Virus record (IMG/VR): IMGVR_UViG_3300020045_013880
Span: 140 to 64,139 of that record
Origin: a virus
DNA length: 64,000 nucleotides
Direction: 5' to 3' (one strand)
Within the stretch, counting starts at the first letter, position 1. The number at the start of each line of letters is the position of its first letter. The notes beneath the pieces were generated by a model, which saw only the letters and a list, made by a program, of their open reading frames with translations, was not told where the DNA came from and ran no database searches. Both the position numbers and the translations under genes were made by a program. Shown piece by piece: positions 49,931 through 60,978 of this stretch.

Positions 49931-50553
49931 TTGTTCAAGTAGCGGAGCAAATAAAGAAAAATTTGTTACCCATGAAAACGGCTGGAAATTTCACTCATTT
50001 ATGCGGAATGAGTAAGATAGTACACACATCGTATTTTAGTAGCAAGAGCGGCGTTTTTGATACCATCCCTGTTCCTTATTCTGATGATAATACACAAGAT
50101 TGCAGATTTAATCAGTCTCTTTCTTTAGTTCCATCTGAGAATGGAGTTAGAGCTATTGGTTATTTTGAAGAATCAAGTCCAGCAGTTCTATTAAATAAGT
50201 CTCAAAATTTATTTGATTGTAACTTGAATTTTGTTTGCTGGTATAATTCAAAAATGTTTACAAATGAACAATCAGAATTAAATACTATTTTGTCAGCAAA
50301 TGTGATAAAGTTGCTATCGAAGAAAATATCAGTAGCAGACACATCATTTGATTTTATACAACTTGATTCGATAAGAATGGTTTCTGTTGAAGATTCAATG
50401 TCAATTTTCAATAAATATACCGTTCTGATGAATAAATACAATTTACTTTTAAATCCTTACGGTTTTTTCTCAATTTCACTTAACATTAAATTCTCTATCA
50501 ATTATGGTTGCATACCACAATTACTTAACAATGCTGATAATTGCATTAATTAG
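49927..50553 (+). CDS. tail terminator-like protein (putative)
   Basis: Gene order; PYGFFSI near the C-terminus. Confidence 0.45.
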   Translation: MIVQVAEQIKKNLLPMKTAGNFTHLCGMSKIVHTSYFSSKSGVFDTIPVPYSDDNTQDCRFNQSLSLVPSENGVRAIGYFEESSPAVLLNKSQNLFDCNLNFVCWYNSKMFTNEQSELNTILSANVIKLLSKKISVADTSFDFIQLDSIRMVSVEDSMSIFNKYTVLMNKYNLLLNPYGFFSISLNIKFSINYGCIPQLLNNADNCIN

Positions 50554-50848
50554 TTTTTTAATCGGCTCGTCTATTCATAGATACTCTCAATCTGGAGGTG
50601 TTTTTGTTTTTTACAGGAAGTTTGTGATTTTTGTTTATGAAGAGACATTCCGCACTCCAGAGAAAAGAGAGAAGTATTATTTCATTCTAAAGCCATTACT
50701 TGACTGTACTGAATGCTTTTGCGGATGGATTTCAATAATAATTTATTGCAATCATTATTTATCTACGACTAATTCGATTCAGTTATTTGTAGAAAATTTA
50801 ATTATCACGGCTTTTTTAACAATGTTTATCACTCGAAAACTGGATTAA
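50504..50848 (+). CDS. small membrane protein with CxxC
   Basis: KPLLDCTECFCGW flanked by hydrophobic segments. Confidence 0.55.
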   Translation: MVAYHNYLTMLIIALISFLIGSSIHRYSQSGGVFVFYRKFVIFVYEETFRTPEKREKYYFILKPLLDCTECFCGWISIIIYCNHYLSTTNSIQLFVENLIITAFLTMFITRKLD

Positions 50849-50850
50849 TT

Positions 50851-51102
50851 ATGAAATCAGTATTAATTTTTATCAAAAAGTCTCTTTTTTACATTTCTAC
50901 ACTTTTAAGATTCTTTCGTGCATTGTATTTGGTTTTCTTTAGAAAGAAGTCTTTTTGCGAGAAAAAACTTGCAAGATATGTGCATGGGTTTATTAAATTA
51001 GACCAATGTCGATTACACGTTTGTCAATATCAAGCGTGCAACAAACAAAAAGAATCTTGTCCATGTGGTAGAATCAAAAACGCTCAATTATTAGAAGTAT
51101 GA
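50851..51102 (+). CDS. hypothetical Cys-rich protein
   Basis: ATGA overlap with the next gene. Confidence 0.5.
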   Translation: MKSVLIFIKKSLFYISTLLRFFRALYLVFFRKKSFCEKKLARYVHGFIKLDQCRLHVCQYQACNKQKESCPCGRIKNAQLLEV

Positions 51103-51623
51103 AAATATTAGATGCAAATACTAAGGTCTTTACGGCTAACGGAAATAAATATATTTGGACAGAAACATTGACTGTTCACAGATTTTGGCAATTTGAAAGA
51201 TACAAAAAGCAAATGGAAATATCTGCTAATTTACTTGATGTTTACAATTTGATTTTAAAATGCTACGACACAATCCCAAAAATCATGCGTGACCCGAAAG
51301 AGGGAACAGATTTGATGTTTGAACTAAGAAATACTTTGAGCGGCCTAAATGAATTGAATAGGAGAATCCCAATAGCTTTTTACATGGCTACATTATTTTG
51401 GAACAGAGAAGGAGAAGTTTTGAGTGAATGGGATGAACAGCTTGCCGAAGAAAAAATAGACGATTGGAATTTGGAAGAAATAGATTCCGCTTTTTTTTTG
51501 AAAACTTGTCTTCCTTTTATTCTGGACTTCTTGGTAGATTACAAGAAAACCATCCAAAGTTATTTGAAAATAGAAGAAGAAGAGGAAAACTTGATAACTC
51601 TCCTAAACTTAGAGAACAGTTAA
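51099..51623 (+). CDS. tail assembly chaperone (gpG-like)
   Basis: Upstream of the tape measure gene; T9 slippery run at 51491-51499. Confidence 0.65.
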   Translation: MKILDANTKVFTANGNKYIWTETLTVHRFWQFERYKKQMEISANLLDVYNLILKCYDTIPKIMRDPKEGTDLMFELRNTLSGLNELNRRIPIAFYMATLFWNREGEVLSEWDEQLAEEKIDDWNLEEIDSAFFLKTCLPFILDFLVDYKKTIQSYLKIEEEEENLITLLNLENS

Positions 51624-51793
51624 TAAATTCAGTAGATGAATATTGGAATAATATACTGGCCTGTATGTCAAAGCAAGATTTTCAAGCGATGAAGGCTTTA
51701 AAATCAATGAATATAATAGATTTTTATTATCAATATTCCATCTGGAAAGCTAATTTACCCAAAGACAATGCAAAAAATAATTCAAGAGTTTGA
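51491..51793 (+). CDS. -1 frameshift extension of the tail chaperone (gpGT-like)
   Basis: The -1 frame is open from the T9 run to 51793, overlapping the tape measure start. Confidence 0.6.
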   Translation, partial: FFFENLSSFYSGLLGRLQENHPKLFENRRRRGKLDNSPKLREQLINSVDEYWNNILACMSKQDFQAMKALKSMNIIDFYYQYSIWKANLPKDNAKNNSRV

Positions 51794-54700
51794 TGCTGAT
51801 ATTTCCACTTTCGAGAAGAAGGCAGAAAAGATGATTTCTATTGTCAATGAAATATCAAAAAAATCAAAAAAGATAAACGTTGAAATTGTTGGAGCCAATA
51901 AGCTCGAAAAAGACTTATCTAATATAAATAAGTCACTTGATGGTATAAAGAAAGTAAAGTTTGATACTCTTGAAAGAAGAGTACAGTCTCTTACTGGAAA
52001 GCTAAATCCATTAAATTCAGAGCTAAAAGAAACTGCAAAGCATTTCAAAGATATTTCTAAGCATTCAAAAAATTCTTCTGATAATTTTCAGAGTTTTATA
52101 TCAGAGATTGGAAGTTTAAATGGTAGAATGAATAAGTTGAATGAGAATTTTGATAAACTAAATAAGAATCAAAATTTAAGTGCAAATTCTTCTGAGCATT
52201 GGAACAATAAATTAAATGCTGGGAATGGATTTATTGGCTCAATGATTAATTCAATCCAACGTTTACTACCATTTCTTTCTGCTCTATTTGTAGTAAATAC
52301 AGTTGTGTCATTTGGTCAAGCATTGTTTGAAGTAAACAAGCAATTTGAACTTTTTGAATTAAAAGCTAAATCAGCTCTTTATGGTTCAAAATTGGCTGTT
52401 GATGAATATTATGCCGCATTGCAAAGGATAGATATAAAATCACTATTCGATATAAACGAGCTTGAAGAAGGTTTGATAAAGCTATTGAATCGAAGGATTT
52501 TGTTGACAGAAGAGCAATTGCAGTCATTGGCAAATACGGCCGAGTCAGTTGGAACGAAAGGGGCCCAGAGTTTTAATCAAATTGTTGATGCTTTACTTGA
52601 TGCTACTGTTGGACAGTTCAAGCGTTTGGAAGAGCTTGGCGTTGGTGTGGATGCTACTGGCAAAAAGTTGAAACTTACTTTTGCAGGAACTACTACTGAG
52701 GTTGACAAAGGAACGGAAGCAATCAAGCAGTATATTATTGGATTGGACAAAATGAATGGTGCTGCGGATTTGTCAACAAAAACAGCAAATACACTTGAAG
52801 GTAAATTGTCATCACTAAGAACTCAATTCAACAATTTAATTAGAAAAATTGGAGAAATGGGAGCTACTGATGCTTTCGGAAGTTTACTTGATGGAGGTTC
52901 AAAGGTTCTTTCAATGTTTGAGCAAATGCTTGTAGGAGCTGGTCGTGTTGTGAATTTTATGAAGCAAAATAAAGATGTTTTTTACGGTGGAATAGGTGCT
53001 ATCGCTGGAGGTGTTACTGCTGGGCTTGCTGGTGCTATTGTTGGCTATGGACTTGGTTATACATATTCAAAAACAAATGATATGTATAATAAAGGGAATA
53101 AAGACCCACTAATGATTGAAACAAAGATTAAAGGAAAAGAATACGAAACAATAGTAAAAAAACTCTCTGCTGTAAACTATGAGTTATTTCAAAGTGCAAA
53201 AACAGTAAACTTTGCTACTGGAAAGGTTTTCTTTAATCCATCAAATTTATCTGTTGAATCTCTTAAAAGCTATACTTCTTCATTGGAAGATTATTTGAAA
53301 GTAGCGAAACAACTTGGAGTAGGGGAAGATGTAGGACAGGCTGGGCAAGAATACAAAAGGACAATCGAGTATCTTGGTTCGATTAAAAATGAGCTTCAAT
53401 CAAGAGTCGCCGCAAATCCAGATGATGCAAAAAAGAAAGCGAGAGAGTTACAAAAACAAAATGTTTTCAATGAGCAGAAAAAAGACTTAGAAAAGAGAGT
53501 CGCCCAAGACATTCTGGAAGCTACGATAGCTTTAGAAGAAATGCGTAATAAAATTACTCTTGAAGGCATGAAAGAACGTCTTAGATTCTTCAAAGAAGGC
53601 TCAAATGAATACCTCAGAGAGAAAGAAAGAATTGCTCTTTTGGATATTGAAATGGATAGAAAAAAAGCAAAAAACGAGACTTTGGAGCAAATGACTAAGA
53701 AGTCAAAATTTGTTTATATAAATAGTGCTGGCAAAGTTGATGAAGGAACTAAGGATATAAGTGGTTATGAGTTGGATAAAGAGTTTGAGGAGCAAGAAAA
53801 ACTTTTTAACATGAGAAGGGTTTTGTATCAAAAAGAAACAAATGATGCAATTATTGAAAACAACAATAACCTAAAAAACACTCAAAAAAGTATTTTTGAA
53901 AAGATTACAGAGTTTATTGAAAGTAGTCAAGAAAGAGAAAAAAGAGCTGTTGTTTCAAAATATAATGCAATTCAAAGCGAAATTGACAAACTTCGTAAAA
54001 CTGGTTTAAATCCTCTTAGTGAATCAATAGTTTCTGGTGTAGAAGTTCAAATAAAAGCTCTTGAAAAGCTCGAACTTCAACTAATAAGTCTGAGAAATGC
54101 ACAAGAAGGAAGTGTTGAACGTTCAAGAAGTTCTGTTATTCGTAATCCAAACGAAAGCAAGTCAACTTATAATCGTAGAGTAGAAGTTGCTGGATTAGAC
54201 CAAAAAGTAGAAAACAAGTCAGAACAAGTAAATTTCCTTGATTATGTTTCTGAGATAAATCCAGAAATTGCATTGAATCCTGTTTTTGTATTAATGAAAG
54301 AAAATGCAAAAAAAGAATTTGATACAGCAGTTGCCGAGCTTCAAGAAGCAATCAATAAGCAAAAAGTAACACTTACATTTAGACAAAATCTTATTGGAGG
54401 AGTTTTTGGATTCAAAAAGAACAAAGATGGTAGTAAAAGAGACGAAGAAGAGGTAAAAAAGGATGTAGATAAATTAGAAGAGTCTTTTAGTAAAGCACTT
54501 GACATTTACTCTAACTACATAAATTCAATAATAAATCTTGAAAAGAAAAAAGAAGAGGAAGCCGATAAAAATATTGCAAAACTTCAAGATAGGCTATCTA
54601 AAGAAGATGAACTTAGAAGAAATGGTTTGGCCAACAATTACAATGCTATTCAAGATGACATCAAAAAACAAGAGGACTTGAAGGAAAAATCAGTAAAAAG

Positions 54701-55319
54701 ACAAAATCAACTCCAAAGATTACAGATAGCATCTAACGCTGCTATGCAAATATCGAACATGATTACTGCTATTTCAGAAGTAGTAAAAACAGGTTCTGCA
54801 TTTGGGCCAGCAGCTCCATTCGTAATTGCTTTGAATGTAGCGGCTATTCTTGGAGTAGCAGCTTCTGCAATCGCACAATCAAAATCACTTACTGCGGAAG
54901 AAGGTGGAATTTTAGGAGGTGCAAGGCATTACAATGGAGGCATAAATGTAAATGCAGAAGGTGGAGAGGGATTTATTAGAAGACCGAGTTCTATTCCAAA
55001 TCAGAGACTTGTTTTGAACTTGAATAATATCAAGAAAAAAGTAACTTCTGATAATTTGCATGAGCTACTTGAAGGTACTGGAGTTTCAATGCCAAGTGAT
55101 AATAATGATTGGAGAGGTCAAGTCTCTGCATTTAACTCACTTCACATGAAGCACATTTCTGACAATTCAAAGCTCGAAAATAGACTTGAAAGTCTTGAAG
55201 AAGTAATGACAATTGTAAGCAAAAACACTTCAAGAATACCAGAAAAGCAATATATTCCTTTGAAAGATGGAAAGGTTTTAGTCATTGATGGGGAAAACAC
55301 AAAAATATTAAATTCTTAA
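51768..55319 (+). CDS. tape measure protein
   Basis: 1183 aa, helical; DA..GQFKRLEELG, TLEGKLSSL, Gly/Ala hydrophobic patches, GARHYNGGI..NAEGGE. Confidence 0.88.
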   Translation: MQKIIQEFDADISTFEKKAEKMISIVNEISKKSKKINVEIVGANKLEKDLSNINKSLDGIKKVKFDTLERRVQSLTGKLNPLNSELKETAKHFKDISKHSKNSSDNFQSFISEIGSLNGRMNKLNENFDKLNKNQNLSANSSEHWNNKLNAGNGFIGSMINSIQRLLPFLSALFVVNTVVSFGQALFEVNKQFELFELKAKSALYGSKLAVDEYYAALQRIDIKSLFDINELEEGLIKLLNRRILLTEEQLQSLANTAESVGTKGAQSFNQIVDALLDATVGQFKRLEELGVGVDATGKKLKLTFAGTTTEVDKGTEAIKQYIIGLDKMNGAADLSTKTANTLEGKLSSLRTQFNNLIRKIGEMGATDAFGSLLDGGSKVLSMFEQMLVGAGRVVNFMKQNKDVFYGGIGAIAGGVTAGLAGAIVGYGLGYTYSKTNDMYNKGNKDPLMIETKIKGKEYETIVKKLSAVNYELFQSAKTVNFATGKVFFNPSNLSVESLKSYTSSLEDYLKVAKQLGVGEDVGQAGQEYKRTIEYLGSIKNELQSRVAANPDDAKKKARELQKQNVFNEQKKDLEKRVAQDILEATIALEEMRNKITLEGMKERLRFFKEGSNEYLREKERIALLDIEMDRKKAKNETLEQMTKKSKFVYINSAGKVDEGTKDISGYELDKEFEEQEKLFNMRRVLYQKETNDAIIENNNNLKNTQKSIFEKITEFIESSQEREKRAVVSKYNAIQSEIDKLRKTGLNPLSESIVSGVEVQIKALEKLELQLISLRNAQEGSVERSRSSVIRNPNESKSTYNRRVEVAGLDQKVENKSEQVNFLDYVSEINPEIALNPVFVLMKENAKKEFDTAVAELQEAINKQKVTLTFRQNLIGGVFGFKKNKDGSKRDEEEVKKDVDKLEESFSKALDIYSNYINSIINLEKKKEEEADKNIAKLQDRLSKEDELRRNGLANNYNAIQDDIKKQEDLKEKSVKRQNQLQRLQIASNAAMQISNMITAISEVVKTGSAFGPAAPFVIALNVAAILGVAASAIAQSKSLTAEEGGILGGARHYNGGINVNAEGGEGFIRRPSSIPNQRLVLNLNNIKKKVTSDNLHELLEGTGVSMPSDNNDWRGQVSAFNSLHMKHISDNSKLENRLESLEEVMTIVSKNTSRIPEKQYIPLKDGKVLVIDGENTKILNS

Positions 55320-55325
55320 TTAATC

Positions 55326-57059
55326 ATGTGTGATATAAATCTTAGCTTGATAGAAGGTCAAAATAGTTATGATGTTAATGACAGTAATTATGAGACAGTA
55401 AAAGTACAATATAGTAGAGGAAATTTTCAGTTTTTTAGACCAAACATAGAAGGAAGTATTTCATTTTCAAATAACTCCTTTGAGCATATAATTGCATCAA
55501 CTAAATGTTGCAATCCTCTTCCATTTAAAATTAGTCAGTCTGGCTCTACAATAATTGATTTTATTGTAGAGCCATCTGGATTTAATGTTGATTATAAAGT
55601 CAATAAATTAGTTTCACAATCAAATAAAACTCTGGACTATTGGCGTTCAATTATGTTTGGATGGGATGAAAAAATAAATGTACTTTCTTTTCCAAGAAAC
55701 GAAAGGGTATTGCATAAATTTGTCGATGAAGAGAATCCATATATTGACATTGTAAATGACAAATTTTACAAACTATCAAGTTTTATTCACATAGTAGTTT
55801 CTGAGACTTTTAAGAAAATTAATCTTGGATTTTTATTACCATCTACTCCAGACGAATTGTCTTCTTTGTTTACTATTGATGAATTACCTTGGACTGATGG
55901 AATAGGTATAAATATTTTTAAAAAAAGAAATATTTTAAAAAATGCTTGTATTGCTCAAATGTCTGATTTTGTTCGTCCTAAGTCTGCTCCAGCAACAGGC
56001 GTTGAAGAAATTGGCTCAAAAATAAATGAATCAGTAGCAGTTACTCTAAAAGATTTGCTTGAAAAACTTCAACTTTTTGAACTTCATCCATTTATTGACT
56101 CAAACAATAAATTTAGGATTGAGCATATTAGTTATTTCCAACAAGGAAATAGCTATGACACAACTAAAGTTGGGTTGAACCTATTACTTCCAGAATATAT
56201 TCCCTATGTAAGTGATTTTAATTATAGCTATCAATCTGATAATACAAGAATTTATGGAAAATATGCTTTGTCTATTACTAATAATTTATCAATTTCTACT
56301 GACGAAGCTGCTGAGAAGTATTTTATCAATGATGATGTGCAATTTGTTACAGAAAAAATTTGGTTTAAGTCAAGAGATTATATTTCAAAAGTTGAAGCAA
56401 TTTTTGATACAGAATGTGCATTGAGAGATGATTCAAACAATCTACAAGAAAAGACCTTGTCATTTGACTTTTTTACTACTCACTATTATGGTGCTGCCGT
56501 AGATTGTGGCTCTAATGATATAAATTCTTGGATTTTACTTGATTGCTCCAATAAAGATTCTTCAAATATTAGAACAGTAAATGTTGATTCTAATGGAATT
56601 ATAAATGGCGAAATGTCTGCAAAAAGTATTTTCATAAACTATCATTCTTTTTTAAAGCCAACATCAACATTTAAGATTGAAGAATCTTTGTTTTCAACAC
56701 AATCAATATTGAAAAAACAAAAACTTAATGTTTTTAAGTTGCCATCAATATATTTAAACAAAATAAATCTTGGAAAACATAACCTTCCAGATGGAAGAGA
56801 GTTTGTTATTGATAGTTTTTACTTAAATTTACAAGACAATTTTCTTTATATAACTGCTTATACAGACAATAATTGTCAATCTGTTAATTGGCAAGTAGGC
56901 ACAAATGGTTGTTATGTAAAAGATTTGTTAGTTTCTTCTTTTCTTGTAATTGCAGGAACTTATATTGACTCTTCAACAGGTTTAATAGCTTTTATAATGA
57001 AGAATCAAAACACATATACTGATGGAAATTGTGGTTTTTATACTAAATTAGAACAATAA
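55326..57059 (+). CDS. tail/baseplate protein
   Basis: Follows the tape measure gene; FRIEHISYF. Confidence 0.6.
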   Translation: MCDINLSLIEGQNSYDVNDSNYETVKVQYSRGNFQFFRPNIEGSISFSNNSFEHIIASTKCCNPLPFKISQSGSTIIDFIVEPSGFNVDYKVNKLVSQSNKTLDYWRSIMFGWDEKINVLSFPRNERVLHKFVDEENPYIDIVNDKFYKLSSFIHIVVSETFKKINLGFLLPSTPDELSSLFTIDELPWTDGIGINIFKKRNILKNACIAQMSDFVRPKSAPATGVEEIGSKINESVAVTLKDLLEKLQLFELHPFIDSNNKFRIEHISYFQQGNSYDTTKVGLNLLLPEYIPYVSDFNYSYQSDNTRIYGKYALSITNNLSISTDEAAEKYFINDDVQFVTEKIWFKSRDYISKVEAIFDTECALRDDSNNLQEKTLSFDFFTTHYYGAAVDCGSNDINSWILLDCSNKDSSNIRTVNVDSNGIINGEMSAKSIFINYHSFLKPTSTFKIEESLFSTQSILKKQKLNVFKLPSIYLNKINLGKHNLPDGREFVIDSFYLNLQDNFLYITAYTDNNCQSVNWQVGTNGCYVKDLLVSSFLVIAGTYIDSSTGLIAFIMKNQNTYTDGNCGFYTKLEQ

Positions 57060-57060
57060 G

Positions 57061-57972
57061 ATGCAAATACTACCATTTAAGAAATACGAATTTGTCCAGT
57101 CTTTTACTGATTTTTACGTTAATCAACAACAAAAAGGCTTTCCAGTAATTTCTGGTACAAATTTTTTGCATTCTTTTGTCTATAAATTGAGTGAAGGATT
57201 TTATTTAGAGTCGTATTCTAACTTTCAAATTGAAATTTATGACAATTTTGAGGAGTTAGTTTTTAGAATTAATTCAAGAGATATTATTCATAAAATTTAT
57301 CAAAAAGACAATTCTTGGTATTATATGTATAATGGAGACAAAATACCTTGCCTTGATTTAGGATGTGGATTCTACTATGCTAAAATTGGAAACAATTTCA
57401 CTGATTGGTTTAATGTTGTTAGTGATTATTCTAATCTTACAAAAATAAATGTAAAGTCTAAATACAATACTAAAGAAATACCTTATTCTCTTGGATTTCA
57501 ACAAACATTGTATTTAGACAACAAAATTTTAGAGCCAGAATTAGTTACAAATACTGTTTCTGAAATTGATTCTACTGGCAAAGAAAGTGTTTCAAGTATA
57601 ATTTACAGGAATCTTTATAAAATTAATTTGTACAATTTGCCAAATAATATTTATAGATTTATACAACATTTAGATTCTTGCACAGATATTACAGTTACTT
57701 ATCTTTCTAAGGAAATTGTAGTAATGAAAAACCAGTTCAAAAGCAAATCTACTCGTGACAAAACAGATATTGGTACATTTAATTCTGAAATTAGTTTTGT
57801 TGAGGATTTTACTGAAAAAGTTAATTTTTGCGAGAATACATCAATAAAACTTGTCTCTGAAATAAAAATCGAAAACATTGTTGATTGCTTTGAATATAAC
57901 CCAATAGATTCAATAGAAGTCGACTGCGAAGTTCAAGAGAATTATCATGCAACCGTCTTAGTATTATATTAA
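57061..57972 (+). CDS. tail protein (putative)
   Basis: Gene order. Confidence 0.55.
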   Translation: MQILPFKKYEFVQSFTDFYVNQQQKGFPVISGTNFLHSFVYKLSEGFYLESYSNFQIEIYDNFEELVFRINSRDIIHKIYQKDNSWYYMYNGDKIPCLDLGCGFYYAKIGNNFTDWFNVVSDYSNLTKINVKSKYNTKEIPYSLGFQQTLYLDNKILEPELVTNTVSEIDSTGKESVSSIIYRNLYKINLYNLPNNIYRFIQHLDSCTDITVTYLSKEIVVMKNQFKSKSTRDKTDIGTFNSEISFVEDFTEKVNFCENTSIKLVSEIKIENIVDCFEYNPIDSIEVDCEVQENYHATVLVLY

Positions 57973-57973
57973 T

Positions 57974-58624
57974 ATGTACGTCACAATAAATACAACAAAC
58001 CCATCCAGATTTTTATTTGGATATTCAGAGACAAACAATCAAAATTTGATAGTTTGGAATGATACTAATACTATCTATGTGCCTGATGTCGGAACATATT
58101 TTATTTTTGCAAAAATGAAATCAAACGGTCGTGTATTTTTAAAGGCGAAGTTTGTAAGTTGTTCTGATATTTTAGAAAACAAAGTAGTTATTAAGTCAGT
58201 AACAAGATTTAATAAAGGCATTAATAAAGTTTTAATAAAATCAGTAAAAAGAGTTAGTAGTAATTACTTGAATGATGTTACTTTGCAGACTTTATATACT
58301 GGCCAATCAAACATTAAAATTATTTTACCTCAGCTTTCTACTCCTATTGCATCAAGTCAACAAAGAGTACTTACAACAATAGCTTCTGGAGTAGAATGTT
58401 ATTCTAATAGTGTAAAATTAAATAAAGGAGACACTTTTTCGTCTATAAATGATTTCGTAATTAACATTGACTTAAATTCAGTTCCAAATGATTTTTTTGT
58501 TTATTTTGGTATAAAAGCAATTTTACCAAGCGGAAACACTAATGAAGCATTTGTAAAAGGGAAATTGGTATTAGGTTCAAATGAATTAAATAAAGTTTAC
58601 ATTTTAATTGGAGAAACAATATAA
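57974..58624 (+). CDS. tail-associated protein (putative)
   Basis: Gene order; beta-rich. Confidence 0.5.
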   Translation: MYVTINTTNPSRFLFGYSETNNQNLIVWNDTNTIYVPDVGTYFIFAKMKSNGRVFLKAKFVSCSDILENKVVIKSVTRFNKGINKVLIKSVKRVSSNYLNDVTLQTLYTGQSNIKIILPQLSTPIASSQQRVLTTIASGVECYSNSVKLNKGDTFSSINDFVINIDLNSVPNDFFVYFGIKAILPSGNTNEAFVKGKLVLGSNELNKVYILIGETI

Positions 58625-60978
58625 TGGCTACTCAAAATTTCACAAACGTAAAGCAATTAAGGAATCTTAGGTCTAATATTGCAAAGCAAGACGGATTTGT
58701 AAAAGGAGATATTGGAATTGGAAAAGTAATCTATACAGATGCTTCGCAAACTACTCCTATGCAACCTTTAACTAATATTGGAATAGTTAAAGGAAATAAA
58801 CTTTATAGTGCTTCTACTAATGCTTATGGAGTAATAGCAAATCCTCCAATATTGGAAAGAGAGAAAATTATTGGTTACATTTCCGACTTTGCTACATCAG
58901 ATGTAAATAGAGCAAAAGGTGAAATGGACAGAGCAGCATTGAGAGGTGCAAGGGCTTATATGTGTAGTATTAGTCTTGATGATATTTATTGGTCACTTGA
59001 CGAATGGAATTCAAATCAAAATTCAGTATGGGAACAAGTTGATGCTATTGTAAATTATGCTTACTCAAAGTTTGATTATTTAGCTTTTAGAATAATCACA
59101 CATTATGACGATACTAAGTTTTACAAAAACAGAGATGGAAGTTCAAAGACTAATGTAAATCAAGCATTGTTTAGGTTTACAGAAGACTTTACAAATGGAA
59201 CTCCTGCTAATTTTAATGGAGATATGGCTCTCGACCAATGGGGATACCCAATGAGAGTAAAGCAAGGATGGGGCCATGCAACATTCTTTAAGAAATCATC
59301 GAGAGACAAAATGACTAATTTTGTCCAGAGAGTATTCTTGCGATACTCTAATTTGCTACATAAAGTCAGATGGTGTTCTTTCAATACAACACCAGACCAA
59401 GAAACTGGAATGACTTATGACCAGAAATGGGATGGTTCATTAAACGATTTTATTAACGATGCAGGAGGAACTATAAGAAAATGGGCTTTATATGATTTTC
59501 ACCCAGATTCATTATCATATTGGCACAATACTTTTTTGCCTCAAAGATATTCAACAATAGATGAATTGAATATTAAGTGGGGTGGAACTGATTATAGTGA
59601 TTTCTCAGAAGCTGTTCCTCCAAGAAATCCAGCTTCAAGCATTACAAATTCTGATAACTCAGTTACAATGTCATTGGCAAACAACCAAAGATATATTGAT
59701 TGGCACGAACACAATTTCAATGGAATGTTTAGTTGGCTATCTGAATGTGTATCTTTGATGAATGCGGCAAATCCAAATATAATTTCATGCTTTGAACCTG
59801 GCTCTGCTACTGATGAATTAGCTATTATGAGAATGACACAAAATCTTCCAAGAATAAACAAACTTTTTAAAATAATAAAAACTCAATTTCAAGGCTCTAA
59901 TATTAATAATTCAAATCCACACATTAGTACTGAATTAATTCGACCTAATTGGGATGGAATTATAGATGTAGAAATAAACGAGAATGACATACCAACTCAA
60001 TCTTCTGTTAATGATACTGTTGAAGTTCAGACAGCAATGAAGAGTATGGCAAAATCTGCTTATTTAAATGGTGCTGATGTTGTTTTTTTTATATCTTCTG
60101 ACATAGAAAATCCAAGAATATCAACTGACGGCGTATTTGGGACAAATCAACATTACAAAACATTAGATATAATTTCAGAAATAAAAACATGGTTAGATAC
60201 TGGTGTTGCTTTTTTTGGAGTTCAAAGAAGTGCAAAAATCACTCAAAATGTTAGTGAAAGAATAATAAATCAAGCCAATAAAAACCAAGAATGGTTAAAT
60301 CTTTCACCAAATGGAAACGACACAAATAGAATAGATATTTTATTAGTTGACGACATAGGAAATGTCGCAATATCTCCAAGCGGTGCAAGTAATTTTGAGT
60401 TTTTACAGCAAAGCAATGGAAATCCTTTGACTTCTGGTGTGCATGGTAATGGATATTCAACTATTTTATGTTGTAGTCATGCAAGGTTAGCAAGTCCTGT
60501 TTATTCAACTGAAAAAGACAAGTTTGCAAGAGTTGAATATTGGGTTAAAAGAAGCGGTGTTACAGTTATTCACTTGCTTGATACTCTAAGTGGATTTCAT
60601 CCTAATTTTTTCCCAAACACAGATAGTCGTGATTGGGAAATGATTTGGGATGAAAATAATTCAGAATATAGTAGATATAAATGGATTAGAGATTGGTGTA
60701 ATAATTTTTCTCCATTTGGCCAATTTTTTACTTATCAAGATAGAGGTAATAATCATAAGTCAGTATATGACAAAAAAGTTATTAGTGATGATTATATTTT
60801 AGAAGTCAAAAATATTGGAGAAGTTTCTTTAGATTTAGAGTATGGAATTGTAAATGCAAGTCAAAATACAGCATTTTTGCCAGTAGGAAACACTATTCAT
60901 CAATTTGAGCTAAATATATCACAAGATACTAATTTGCCACTTAATCCTTATAAAATAAACTTTAATCATAACGGATAA
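58624..60978 (+). CDS. tail-associated protein with GH42-like (clan GH-A) glycoside hydrolase domain
   Basis: YDFHP.....W..FL..RYSTIDELNIKWG.TDYSDFSEAVPP and YIDW..H, resembling the beta-galactosidase GH42 signature. Confidence 0.6.
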   Translation: MATQNFTNVKQLRNLRSNIAKQDGFVKGDIGIGKVIYTDASQTTPMQPLTNIGIVKGNKLYSASTNAYGVIANPPILEREKIIGYISDFATSDVNRAKGEMDRAALRGARAYMCSISLDDIYWSLDEWNSNQNSVWEQVDAIVNYAYSKFDYLAFRIITHYDDTKFYKNRDGSSKTNVNQALFRFTEDFTNGTPANFNGDMALDQWGYPMRVKQGWGHATFFKKSSRDKMTNFVQRVFLRYSNLLHKVRWCSFNTTPDQETGMTYDQKWDGSLNDFINDAGGTIRKWALYDFHPDSLSYWHNTFLPQRYSTIDELNIKWGGTDYSDFSEAVPPRNPASSITNSDNSVTMSLANNQRYIDWHEHNFNGMFSWLSECVSLMNAANPNIISCFEPGSATDELAIMRMTQNLPRINKLFKIIKTQFQGSNINNSNPHISTELIRPNWDGIIDVEINENDIPTQSSVNDTVEVQTAMKSMAKSAYLNGADVVFFISSDIENPRISTDGVFGTNQHYKTLDIISEIKTWLDTGVAFFGVQRSAKITQNVSERIINQANKNQEWLNLSPNGNDTNRIDILLVDDIGNVAISPSGASNFEFLQQSNGNPLTSGVHGNGYSTILCCSHARLASPVYSTEKDKFARVEYWVKRSGVTVIHLLDTLSGFHPNFFPNTDSRDWEMIWDENNSEYSRYKWIRDWCNNFSPFGQFFTYQDRGNNHKSVYDKKVISDDYILEVKNIGEVSLDLEYGIVNASQNTAFLPVGNTIHQFELNISQDTNLPLNPYKINFNHNG

